DNA from: a virus
Taxonomy: Duplodnaviria; Caudoviricetes
DNA: 30,844 nucleotides
Virus record (IMG/VR): IMGVR_UViG_3300017963_000593
Location: 1 to 30,844 of that record
Direction: 5' to 3' (one strand)
The notes beneath the pieces are model-generated. The model had not been told where the DNA came from and did no database searches. It was given only the letters and a program-made list of their open reading frames with translations. Both the position numbers and the translations under genes were made by a program. Positions 19,850-28,031 of this stretch are shown here, piece after piece (within the stretch, counting starts at the first letter, position 1; the number at the start of each line of letters is the position of its first letter).

Positions 19850-21268
19850 ATGGCCTCTTTCATACAAAAAGCTAAGACACTAAAACCTCAAGGTATAGGT
19901 CTTGTTGTTCAACCACCTGAAGCTATGCAACAACCCACTGCGGATCAAGGTGTTATACCTAGTCCTGTTCCTTTGGCTAAAGTTAATAGAACACAGGAGT
20001 TACCTAAGGTAGCTGCACCACAAATGGCTCAACAGAGTGGGGATATTATTCCTACACCCCCTTGGTCAAGCCAGCCATTACCTGCGGCGTCTCCTCAAGC
20101 CCCAGCTATATCTACTCAAGCACCACAAAGACAAGCAGATACCTCTCAGATTGACCTGAAAAATTTAATTAGAGCTACTCTAGCTGAAGTGATGGGAACC
20201 TCAGGCACACAGCCTATGCAGAACTCAGCACTTCTTCAACCACCAGTTCAGACTGAGGCTCTTGATCAGCTAACAGATGTAGCCAGAGAAGACCCTGACT
20301 TCCAATTCAAGCAATCCTTTACGCCAGCAGAGGAGAGACCTGCTGAATTAACTCAAGAGGAAGTACTAAGACCTAGGACTAGACCTGAACCTGAAATCTC
20401 TAGTTTACGTCCTAGAGCTAGACCTGAGGGTATTCAGCCTATAACAAAACCAGAAGTTCAAAATGTTATTGATATTCTACCTACAGGATTAGATGAGTCC
20501 GTTCAAGATAAACTTGAAGATAGCCCCCCAAAAACAACAGGAGATGTTAACTTAGCTATTTTTGATTCTGCTACTTGGGATGGAACTATCCCAGAAATTA
20601 AAAAGGGTGAAAATTTCATAGAGTATTTTGCTAGAAGTGGGCTAATAGGGGCTGACGAAAAAGACCCAAGATTTATAGAAGCTTATAAAAACTTTGGTAT
20701 GGGTCTTGACCCCAGTAAAACACCTTGGTGTGCTGATTTATTAGGGAGTCTGATACTTAAATCAGGAGGAAAATTAACTGAAGGGGCTGTACAATATAGA
20801 GCAGGTTCTCAAAACTATGAGTTCATTGGTGATGATGTCTATAACCACAACCCAACTACAGGTGAAACATATTTCGGAAGCCCTTCTGATGTGAGGGCAG
20901 GGGATATTGTGGTGTTTAACAATAGACAAGATGGCACACGTCAAAAAAACGGAAACTTTAAGTATCCTAGTCAGGCCCTCAAGAAAGGGCTTGGATTGGG
21001 CCATGTCTCTGTTGTCTTAGATATAAAAGAAGATGGCACTATTATAGCCATAGGTGGTAATCAATCTGCTGGGGCTACGTCTTATGTAACAGGAACAAAA
21101 TCTACAGGAGGTATAAGGGTTTCAGAGTATACTCCTGAAGTTATGAAAAACAATTATAAAGGTGGTTTTAAAATAAAAAGATTAACTGATACCTCCTTAT
21201 CTCAGGCTGACCCAGAGCTAATAGCTTCTATAACAAAGAACGCTGGAATAGCTGGTACTGGACAATGA
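19850..21268 (+). CDS. peptidoglycan hydrolase (CHAP/NlpC-P60-like, TIGR02594-type) with long Pro/Gln-rich N-terminus
   Basis: Start moved to ATG 19850, just after the upstream TGA (472 aa). C-terminal TPWCA...AGDIVVF...GHVSVV...AIGGNQS Cys-His motif set. Confidence 0.75.
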   Translation: MASFIQKAKTLKPQGIGLVVQPPEAMQQPTADQGVIPSPVPLAKVNRTQELPKVAAPQMAQQSGDIIPTPPWSSQPLPAASPQAPAISTQAPQRQADTSQIDLKNLIRATLAEVMGTSGTQPMQNSALLQPPVQTEALDQLTDVAREDPDFQFKQSFTPAEERPAELTQEEVLRPRTRPEPEISSLRPRARPEGIQPITKPEVQNVIDILPTGLDESVQDKLEDSPPKTTGDVNLAIFDSATWDGTIPEIKKGENFIEYFARSGLIGADEKDPRFIEAYKNFGMGLDPSKTPWCADLLGSLILKSGGKLTEGAVQYRAGSQNYEFIGDDVYNHNPTTGETYFGSPSDVRAGDIVVFNNRQDGTRQKNGNFKYPSQALKKGLGLGHVSVVLDIKEDGTIIAIGGNQSAGATSYVTGTKSTGGIRVSEYTPEVMKNNYKGGFKIKRLTDTSLSQADPELIASITKNAGIAGTGQ

Positions 21269-21621
21269 GGTTTCTTATAGCCATACTCCTATGCCTAACA
21301 CTTAGTGCTTGCCTTAATCCCATGTCTCTCCTTGGGGGTGGCGGTGGTGGACCTACTGTTAACGCAAACACTCAGGTAGGTAAAGAGAATAACCAGTCAG
21401 CTATAGACCAAAGCAGAGACATCGAAGCTGAGAACGTACAGGTAGACGAGTCCAAAGGTTCATTCAATCTGGCTGGTTCAGTAGATAGTGTCAAGGTCTT
21501 GAACCAAGACATACCCACATGGGTCATACTTATGATGATCCTAGGGTGGATGCTTCCATCCCCTATAGAGATATGGAGAGGGTTCCTTAAAACTATAACA
21601 TTTGGAAGATACCGTGGCTAA
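21265..21621 (+). CDS. unimolecular spanin (u-spanin)
   Basis: Signal peptide with lipobox LSAC (Cys16), Gly6 linker, polar periplasmic part, C-terminal TM segment (PTWVILMMILGWMLP) and basic tail; same architecture as T1 gp11. Confidence 0.8.
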   Translation: MRFLIAILLCLTLSACLNPMSLLGGGGGGPTVNANTQVGKENNQSAIDQSRDIEAENVQVDESKGSFNLAGSVDSVKVLNQDIPTWVILMMILGWMLPSPIEIWRGFLKTITFGRYRG

Positions 21622-21856
21622 GATAGACAAATCAAAGATGAAGTGTAACAGCCCGAAGCGTCAGGTTTCAGGCGGTAAGAAGTTTGTTGTCAAAGCTTGT
21701 AAGGACGGCAAAGAGAAGATCATTCGCTTTGGGGATGCCAATATGAAGATCAAGAAGAACATACCAGCCAGACGCAAGAGCTTCAGGGCTAGACACAATT
21801 GTGACACAGCCACAGATAAGTTCACAGCTAGATACTGGTCATGTAAGAAATGGTAA
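21614..21856 (+). CDS. small basic protein (DUF6321/DUF5754-like)
   Basis: GTG 21614 is the likely start. KKFVVK...KIIRFGD..M.IKK..PARRKSFRARHNC...ARYWSC.KW motif; family names recalled, not searched. Confidence 0.7.
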   Translation: MAKIDKSKMKCNSPKRQVSGGKKFVVKACKDGKEKIIRFGDANMKIKKNIPARRKSFRARHNCDTATDKFTARYWSCKKW

Positions 21857-22089
21857 ACACAGGTCTACTATCGTATCTACCTCTACCTAGGATGCCATTC
21901 GACACACATGAGACTGTTGTCTTCCAAGATACTACACCTAAGAATAGGGTAGTAGAGGAATCTAAGGCTGCTGTAGAAGCTAAGGCTCAGAAGTATAAGC
22001 ACGAAGAAGCCTATACTTATCATCCTCACAACATGAACAAGGTACCACAAAGAGTAGGTGAGAACGTAGACTTCATAGTGTGGGGATGA
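21850..22089 (+). CDS. hypothetical protein
   Basis: 79-aa ORF tightly packed between neighbours. Confidence 0.6.
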   Translation: MVNTGLLSYLPLPRMPFDTHETVVFQDTTPKNRVVEESKAAVEAKAQKYKHEEAYTYHPHNMNKVPQRVGENVDFIVWG

Positions 22090-22090
22090 T

Positions 22091-22531
22091 ATGGACCCGT
22101 TAACAATTTTTGCTGGCGTCAAGGCAGGGATAGCTGCTGGCAAAGAGATAACCTCACTTGCCAAAGACTTGGGTGCTCTTTTCGATGCTATAGATGGTGC
22201 CAAGAAGGACCATGACAAGAAGAAGAACAGTCTCTTCTCGTCAGCTAATGAAGAAGCCTTAGACACTTTCGTTAAACGTAAGCAAGCCGACGATATAGAA
22301 AATCAACTTAGAGAAATAGTCATAGCCACTAGAGGATTCTCAGCTTGGCAGGAGTTGATAGAGCTACGTAAAGAGATCAGGGTCAGACGTAAGAAAGAAC
22401 AAGAAGAAAGAGAGAAGAGAAGAGAGAAACTCTGGGAGAATATACTCCTCTTTGGTCTGGTAACTCTCCTTGTTGTCTTCACAGGTGGTCTAGCCTTGAT
22501 TGTTCTTCTAGCTTACTTAGGTAAAATATAA
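22091..22531 (+). CDS. membrane-anchored coiled-coil protein
   Basis: 146 aa; charged helix followed by a long C-terminal hydrophobic segment. Confidence 0.7.
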   Translation: MDPLTIFAGVKAGIAAGKEITSLAKDLGALFDAIDGAKKDHDKKKNSLFSSANEEALDTFVKRKQADDIENQLREIVIATRGFSAWQELIELRKEIRVRRKKEQEEREKRREKLWENILLFGLVTLLVVFTGGLALIVLLAYLGKI

Positions 22532-22728
22532 TGGCTCATACTGTATTAGATGACTGGAAGGTTCTGCCCCGCCTGATGATGCTAGTCTTCACTGTCATGA
22601 GTTGGAGAGTTGTTGAGTGGTTCATGCTTTTGCCTGACCCCACAACACAACAGACTTCACTGGTGTCAGTGTGCATGGGTGCAGCCACGGGAGCCTTCGG
22701 CATCTGGATGTCAAAAGAGGTAAAGTAA
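22531..22728 (+). CDS. putative two-TM holin
   Basis: 65 aa, LDDWKVLPRL start, two hydrophobic segments, near the spanin and hydrolase genes. Confidence 0.55.
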   Translation: MAHTVLDDWKVLPRLMMLVFTVMSWRVVEWFMLLPDPTTQQTSLVSVCMGAATGAFGIWMSKEVK

Positions 22729-22902
22729 ATGGCAAGTAGTCCTAAACCAAACAACCCTAGTCTGTGGTCTAGAGCCAAAGCAGAGGCTAAGAAGAAGTTC
22801 AAGGTCTACCCCTCAGCTTATGCAAATGCTTGGGCTTCCAAGTGGTACAAGTCTAAGGGTGGAACATGGTCAGGTAAAGACAACAGAGTAAGGAAGAAGT
22901 GA
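22729..22902 (+). CDS. 57-aa basic protein (DUF5872 N-terminal-like)
   Basis: MASSPKPNNPSLWSRAKAEAKKKFKVYPSAYANAWASKWYKSKGGTWSGKDNRVRKK*; GAGG RBS; below the ORF-track cutoff. Confidence 0.75.
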   Translation: MASSPKPNNPSLWSRAKAEAKKKFKVYPSAYANAWASKWYKSKGGTWSGKDNRVRKK

Positions 22903-23072
22903 TGGTGTACAAGAAGCAAAAGACACCTACTAGATTTGCACCTAGAAAACTTGGTGATGTTCCTGTAGAACAGAAGTACATCAAGAAAAAGAAACCTAAG
23001 CCTAGGGTCTACAAGGACAAGCAGGGCTACACTGTGATAGATATTCCAACGTCAATAACTAAGAAGTTGTAG
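22902..23072 (+). CDS. 56-aa Lys-rich hypothetical protein
   Basis: MVYKKQKTPTRFAPRKLGDVPVEQKYIKKKKPKPRVYKDKQGYTVIDIPTSITKKL*; TGATG coupling and AAGGA RBS; below the ORF-track cutoff. Confidence 0.65.
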   Translation: MVYKKQKTPTRFAPRKLGDVPVEQKYIKKKKPKPRVYKDKQGYTVIDIPTSITKKL

Positions 23073-23080
23073 AGATTAAG

Positions 23081-23302
23081 ATGGCTAAGGGTGGCTTAGG
23101 TAAATGGTTCGCTGAAGAGTGGACAGATGTCAAGACAGGTAAACCTTGTGGACGTAAGAGTGCCAAGGGAAGCAAACGTCCTTACCCTGCGTGTAGACCT
23201 AAGGCAGTAGCAGGTAAGATAACAAAAAAAGAGGCCAGCAAAAAGACTGGCCCCAAGAGAGTGAAGTGGTCAACGACAGCTTCAGGGAAGAAACGAACTT
23301 AG
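23081..23302 (+). CDS. 73-aa basic protein (DUF5872 C-terminal-like)
   Basis: GGLGKWFAEEWTDVKTGKPCGR....RPYPACRP motif; last gene of the + arm. Confidence 0.75.
   Translation: MAKGGLGKWFAEEWTDVKTGKPCGRKSAKGSKRPYPACRPKAVAGKITKKEASKKTGPKRVKWSTTASGKKRT
23224..23254 (-). terminator. intrinsic terminator ending the replication arm
   Basis: Minus strand reads GGGGCCAG-TCTTTTTG-CTGGCCTC-TTTTTTT: 8-bp stem (one G-U) plus T7, about 45 nt past the last - strand stop codon. Confidence 0.7.
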
Positions 23303-23529
23303 GTTTTATTTTTTCTAGGGTTTACCTTAACAGGAACACATTGGACATCTGTTATGTAAGCACCAGCAGGGGGTGGCATGACAGCTACCATTAAGGCAGC
23401 ATCCTTTATGCACTCCTCTTCAGTAGAAACTAAACGTCTCTGGAAGATAATTCCACACCCTTGATTAAGTAATGGGTCACCTTCTATTAATCCACAGGCA
23501 ACTGCCAGTGCTACAAACATAGTCTCCAT
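23299..23529 (-). CDS. small Cys-containing, possibly exported hypothetical protein
   Basis: 76 aa, hydrophobic N-terminus, four Cys, GGAGG RBS. Confidence 0.6.
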   Translation of the reverse strand: METMFVALAVACGLIEGDPLLNQGCGIIFQRRLVSTEEECIKDAALMVAVMPPPAGAYITDVQCVPVKVNPRKNKT

Positions 23530-23530
23530 A

Positions 23531-23752
23531 TCATTTAGCCTCCATCTCTTCTACTAATCTGTTAAGGTACCATTGTGCTTTCTTCAAGTCCTCTAAAGGT
23601 TTTCCTTTATATCTGTATCGGTGAAGGTATTTCTTAGTGTTACCCTCTAGGTATCCCATGAACATCATAAAGTCCATGTTGTCTTTCATGTACTCTATAC
23701 ACTCAATAGACCCATCTCCATAGTGAGGTGGGTTATTTATTATGTCAGACAT
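23531..23752 (-). CDS. DUF3310 family protein (T7 gp1.7-like nucleotide kinase domain)
   Basis: D.IN.PPHY....IECIE...GN..KY..RY..KG...EDLKKA.WYL signature. Confidence 0.85.
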   Translation of the reverse strand: MSDIINNPPHYGDGSIECIEYMKDNMDFMMFMGYLEGNTKKYLHRYRYKGKPLEDLKKAQWYLNRLVEEMEAK

Positions 23753-24188
23753 TAATTAACTCCGCTTCTGTATAGGGTATATGAAAGAACTTCTCACCTG
23801 CGTGGATGTATCTACCCTTAGCTTCTCTCAAACCCTCTTCAGTTAACTGTGTGTCCTTGATTCTCCATACTTGCTTCAGGTCTTTACTGAAGACATAGAA
23901 GTTTAAGACACCCTTCTCATCTTGATATTTAGCTAGCAGTCTTTTCTTTCTCTCTGGAATCCTGATCTCCTTCCAAGTGGTAGGCCAGCTATCAGTCCAT
24001 GCTGTCTTTACCTCAGCCTCACTGTAGTATGTGTACCCATCCTTCTGTGATACTACGTCTACGAAGTAGTCTTCATCTGAAGAGATAATGGTGTGGCCCC
24101 TCTCAGAGAGAAGGGTCACCAGTTTATCCTTAGCTGTCTGATCGTACAGATCATAAGCTTCTTTGCTAAACTTTCTTTTAGTCGGCAT
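23745..24188 (-). CDS. hypothetical protein, possible PD-(D/E)xK nuclease fold
   Basis: 147 aa with YFVDVV...YSEAEVK arrangement. Confidence 0.55.
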   Translation of the reverse strand: MPTKRKFSKEAYDLYDQTAKDKLVTLLSERGHTIISSDEDYFVDVVSQKDGYTYYSEAEVKTAWTDSWPTTWKEIRIPERKKRLLAKYQDEKGVLNFYVFSKDLKQVWRIKDTQLTEEGLREAKGRYIHAGEKFFHIPYTEAELINV

Positions 24189-24297
24189 TCACAACTTCCT
24201 GTACGGTCTCCCATGTTGTCTCAGCAACAGGTACGACTACATCCTCTATCACACCAAGTGATACCAAAGTTACAACAAACATTTCTATTAGACCCAT
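24178..24297 (-). CDS. 39-aa hydrophobic/acidic microprotein
   Basis: MGLIEMFVVTLVSLGVIEDVVVPVAETTWETVQEVVNAD*; AAAGGAAAG RBS; fills the gap after the RNR gene. Confidence 0.65.
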   Translation of the reverse strand: MGLIEMFVVTLVSLGVIEDVVVPVAETTWETVQEVVNAD

Positions 24298-24308
24298 GAT
24301 ACTTTCCT

Positions 24309-26207
24309 TTATGTTAAGTCTACGATTTCACACACATCACCAGAGCAAGCCATCGTTTGCATAGCTACAGTGTTGTCTTCCTTCTCATACTCAGACAGCT
24401 TATTCCAATCAATCTTATCTGGCATGAGAGATAATAGCATATTATAGTCACTCTTGCCAATCTCTTGATAAGGTGCTTGCTGATAAGTATGTTCATTGTA
24501 TGGCAAAAATGACACACCTGACATCTCATCGAAGTGTTTATGCACGAAGGCTCCTACCTCAAACCACTCATCAGGTCTGACATTGATAGTGACAGATGGT
24601 TTGTGTTCACACCAGTGTCTCTGATAGGTGAGCCAAGTCTCTAGTTGTTCTATCGCTGTCAGGTCAGAGGTAACAACGGCTCCATCTGGTGACTTGATAG
24701 GGAACGAGAAGACAGTAGTGTTAGTTGGCTTCATTACATCTGGTTCGTTAGGGATACCCATGTCCTTCATGAAGGAGGTAAGGGGGTCTTTGTTATCGGC
24801 TCTAACGGTTCTAATGTAATAATTCGAATACCGTGCGTGTATTCCTGAGGCACTGTCAACGAGTTGTGAGACTGTTCCTGATGGTTTAACACACGTAATA
24901 GCAACACTAGGGTTAACGTCAAGCTTACTGCTGACGTCAATATTAGTATCAACTGCAACCTGTCTAAGGTGCGCAAGAGTTTTTGGTAGACCATGATTCT
25001 TACTCGTTAGTAGAGGGTTATCCATTATCCCTGTGAGTGACACACCCAACAGGCGTTCTTCTTCTGTATTTCGCTGCCACACCTTTCGCAAGTATGGGAA
25101 GTGGGTGTAGACAGATTGAATTGTTCCCAGAACTGTTGCAATACGTACCTTTCGCTCAAGGTCTTCGATAGTATCTGTAGCCCTGACCACAACTTCAGTG
25201 AGATTACAGAACTGATATGGACGTAGGATAATCTCTGAGCAAGGATTAGTTCCGAAGTCATAGTCAGGATCACGTCTGCCATACTTCTCAGCTTGTTTCT
25301 TAGACGCTTCACGATTGAATACTCCTCGTTCTCCACTGCCTGATTCTACTAAGGCCATCCATTCTCTCATGAATGAGACAGCATCTGGTTTGTCTGTATA
25401 GCTCACACTGTTGTTAGCCAAGGCTCTCTGTGGGTTGTTCTCCCACCAAGCACCTGACTTAGCGTGACGCATACGGTCATCTGATAGGTTAGACAAAGAG
25501 ATCATTGCTGATCTGCGTACACCACCCACAACTACGATCTCACCTACCTTACACATGATGTCATGACACTCAATGCTAGACAGCTTGCGTCCTTGAGCAT
25601 CCTTGAATGTCTTGATAGTAAAGTTGAAGAGATCAACGAGAGGTGCAGGGCCACTGGCTCTACCCCCGAATGTCTTTAGTCTAGCACCAGCAGGTCTGAC
25701 TTTAGATATATCCCACTGAGGGATTTCACCAGCCCAGAGGAGAGCCAACAATTGTCTGAACGCCTTAGCCCATCCCTCCTTGCTGTCCTTCACAACGATA
25801 GTGGTATCGCTTTGGAAGAGAGTAGGGATTTCAGGGAGCTTACTGACGTACTGCCTCTCGACACTAAAGCCAACACCAGTACCACAGAGAAGGATGAACA
25901 TAGCCTCATCGAAGGACTTAGGGTCATCTACGGGTAGGTAGCTACAGTTGTACATACAGGTGTTGTCTCTCTTAGAGGCTGGACCTGCTGTCATCATTGA
26001 CCGCATAGATGGCATGACCTCTAGGCTTAGGATAGCATCCCGTATTGACTTTGTGTATGAGTCCTCCCCTAGTTTAGGGTAGACAATGTTCTCCATGTAT
26101 CGTTCTACTGTGTCTTCCCATGACTCACGGCCCTTACCATCGAAGTACTTTGCGTACCTTGATTTGTGTATGAACTCTTGGTAATCTGTTGGTAAATAGT
26201 TGTTCAT
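24309..26207 (-). CDS. nrdJ: class II adenosylcobalamin-dependent ribonucleotide reductase (monomeric RTPR-type)
   Basis: 632 aa; YNCSY, TNPCSEI...CNLTEV finger loop, TCVKPSGTVSQL, C-terminal CSGDVC; no adjacent nrdB. Confidence 0.93.
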   Translation of the reverse strand: MNNYLPTDYQEFIHKSRYAKYFDGKGRESWEDTVERYMENIVYPKLGEDSYTKSIRDAILSLEVMPSMRSMMTAGPASKRDNTCMYNCSYLPVDDPKSFDEAMFILLCGTGVGFSVERQYVSKLPEIPTLFQSDTTIVVKDSKEGWAKAFRQLLALLWAGEIPQWDISKVRPAGARLKTFGGRASGPAPLVDLFNFTIKTFKDAQGRKLSSIECHDIMCKVGEIVVVGGVRRSAMISLSNLSDDRMRHAKSGAWWENNPQRALANNSVSYTDKPDAVSFMREWMALVESGSGERGVFNREASKKQAEKYGRRDPDYDFGTNPCSEIILRPYQFCNLTEVVVRATDTIEDLERKVRIATVLGTIQSVYTHFPYLRKVWQRNTEEERLLGVSLTGIMDNPLLTSKNHGLPKTLAHLRQVAVDTNIDVSSKLDVNPSVAITCVKPSGTVSQLVDSASGIHARYSNYYIRTVRADNKDPLTSFMKDMGIPNEPDVMKPTNTTVFSFPIKSPDGAVVTSDLTAIEQLETWLTYQRHWCEHKPSVTINVRPDEWFEVGAFVHKHFDEMSGVSFLPYNEHTYQQAPYQEIGKSDYNMLLSLMPDKIDWNKLSEYEKEDNTVAMQTMACSGDVCEIVDLT

Positions 26208-26566
26208 CTTTTATCCCCTGAACCTCCTAGTGTGCCTCGTTTCTGTCTGTCTTCTAGTTTCTTTAAGTTATCATATGCTATGTCTGACAGATTGAAACCT
26301 AAGTCTTTAGCTAAGATAGCTAGATACCATAAGACATCACCTAGTTCTTTAGCTATGTCATCACGATCAAACTTATTGTCTCTTAGTATCTTCTTTACTT
26401 TGTTAGCTACCTCACCTGCCTCGCCTACCATACCTAAGGTAGGATACAGTATAGCACAGCTAGCTGGATAGATAGCTGTACTCCTAGCTTTCCTTTGGTA
26501 TTCATTAAGTGACATCTCATGGCTGTTATAGTATTCAAAGGCTTCTATGTCTGTCTCGTTTATCAT
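26204..26566 (-). CDS. mazG: MazG-like nucleoside triphosphate pyrophosphohydrolase
   Basis: GEAGEVANKVKK...KELGDVLWY motif; start ATG 26566 chosen from the ATGA overlap. Confidence 0.85.
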   Translation of the reverse strand: MINETDIEAFEYYNSHEMSLNEYQRKARSTAIYPASCAILYPTLGMVGEAGEVANKVKKILRDNKFDRDDIAKELGDVLWYLAILAKDLGFNLSDIAYDNLKKLEDRQKRGTLGGSGDKR

Positions 26567-26748
26567 TCTTCCAGTCTTCTCCACTCTTCTATTTCTGCGT
26601 CTAGATTAAAGTAATCTTCTAAGTCTATCAACCCTTCTTCTACTAGGTACTTGATGACAAAGGTATCCCTTATGTCGTTCTCTTCTAGAAGAAACTGTAG
26701 ATCATAGTTCTCAGCAAGAGCAAGTATTTTACTCTCTTCGTCTAGCAT
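26563..26748 (-). CDS. small highly acidic protein
   Basis: 61 aa from ATG 26748 (AAAGGAAAGG RBS); 20 Asp/Glu versus 5 Lys/Arg. Confidence 0.7.
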   Translation of the reverse strand: MLDEESKILALAENYDLQFLLEENDIRDTFVIKYLVEEGLIDLEDYFNLDAEIEEWRRLEE

Positions 26749-26750
26749 TG

Positions 26751-27137
26751 TCAAGTACCTTTCCTTTCTTTTATCCACTCAAGAGGTATTTCTTCTTTAG
26801 CCCATTTGAAACCATGCTTATCACACCAGCCAGCATATGTTGTCTTTGATCCTTTGTAAAGCTTAGAGTTAGGATTAGAGAAAACAAATCTAATGTCCAA
26901 GTCAGGGTGTTGCTCTTTTATCATCAAGTGTTTCTGTCTGTCAGATGTGATGAATCTTCCTTTAGTTTCTACTATGATTCCGTTAGCCAGTATAAAGTCA
27001 GGTGTGTAAGTTCTGTATCTCAGGTCTTGCCATCTTATTTTTAGTTTCTCGTATGTGAACTTTACCTTGAGTTTCTTTAGGTACTTGGCTGTGCGTTCCT
27101 CTAGCCCTGATCTGAATCGCATTTGGGTGGTTCCCAT
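26751..27137 (-). CDS. T7 endonuclease I-like Holliday junction resolvase
   Basis: FRSGLE, YTPDF, IVETKGRF, HPDLDIRFVF, YKGSKTTY..WC.KHGF motifs; start could be 27122. Confidence 0.92.
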   Translation of the reverse strand: MGTTQMRFRSGLEERTAKYLKKLKVKFTYEKLKIRWQDLRYRTYTPDFILANGIIVETKGRFITSDRQKHLMIKEQHPDLDIRFVFSNPNSKLYKGSKTTYAGWCDKHGFKWAKEEIPLEWIKERKGT

Positions 27138-27811
27138 ATCTGACCCTCGAACCTACGCAGCCAGAGAAGCTTACCGTTTTCTATTACTCTGTCTTCTTCT
27201 CCACCGTAACTACGCAGACAAGCCTCATACATATCAGCCTCCTCTTCGTAGTCCTCAAGTATCTTCTCAGCTTTCTTTGGGCCTATACCGTACAGACCTA
27301 TGATGTTGTCAGCCCTATCACCTGTGAGTATCTGGGAGTAGAAGAACCTGTTACCCTCTACCTCTGATACCTTAGAGAAAGACCTACGGTTAGGGTTGAA
27401 GTGTCTGCAAGGTAGCTGCATCATGTCTTTGTCCACTGAGATAACGATACAGTCAGGCCCGTATTGAGTAGACCAGATTCCTATTAGATCGTCAGCCTCT
27501 TCACCGTCTGACACGATAGCATCCCACTGTTCTATCATGTGTTGACGTACACTTTGGAGATGCTTGGGTTTCTCTGCGTCTTTCCTGTTGCCCTTGTACT
27601 CATGGGTGGTGGCTATGTCGTACCTGAAGTTACCCTTGCCTGTAAGGAATACTTGGAAGTCCTCCTCACTTACTTCCCACATGACCTTGTTTAGGGAGTC
27701 CTCTAGGAGTTCATCTACTTTGTCAATTGCATCCTCTATGTCATTGTCTTCACAGGAGAATGCTGCACGATAAGCAAAGGTATCTCCGTCTATAAGAACT
27801 TGTTTACTCAT
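27101..27811 (-). CDS. 5'-3' exonuclease (T7 gp6-like)
   Basis: LIDGD, YKGNR, EADD, SVDKD, TGDRADNI.G..GIGPKKA motifs; ATG 27811 with AGGAG RBS. Confidence 0.92.
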   Translation of the reverse strand: MSKQVLIDGDTFAYRAAFSCEDNDIEDAIDKVDELLEDSLNKVMWEVSEEDFQVFLTGKGNFRYDIATTHEYKGNRKDAEKPKHLQSVRQHMIEQWDAIVSDGEEADDLIGIWSTQYGPDCIVISVDKDMMQLPCRHFNPNRRSFSKVSEVEGNRFFYSQILTGDRADNIIGLYGIGPKKAEKILEDYEEEADMYEACLRSYGGEEDRVIENGKLLWLRRFEGQIWEPPKCDSDQG

Positions 27812-28031
27812 CTTGCTCCTCATCTTTATTGTATCTGATGTGATCCTCTATGAAGTCATACACTAACTGCATATCCATCTTAGCTGCTGCACAGTACATC
27901 ACTAGCTTCAAGCCTTCCTCTGTGAGTAACCCACGGGCATGTGCATCCATGTGAAACTTAAATGTTGCACTACCATCTTCGTGTTCTTCTACGGTCTCGA
28001 CACCAATGATACCTGCGTCTTTATTCATCAT
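27804..28031 (-). CDS. hypothetical protein
   Basis: Acidic 75-aa ORF with EHEDGSAT motif; AGGAG RBS before ATG 28031/28028. Confidence 0.7.
   Translation of the reverse strand: MMNKDAGIIGVETVEEHEDGSATFKFHMDAHARGLLTEEGLKLVMYCAAAKMDMQLVYDFIEDHIRYNKDEEQDE

Noticed and set aside
24093-24299. + strand 68-aa ORF in the replication arm
   Set aside because: Antisense to two better-supported - strand genes, one of which has a strong RBS.
26190-26260. Cobalamin riboswitch ahead of nrdJ
   Set aside because: No leader exists; nrdJ overlaps the mazG stop by ATGA.
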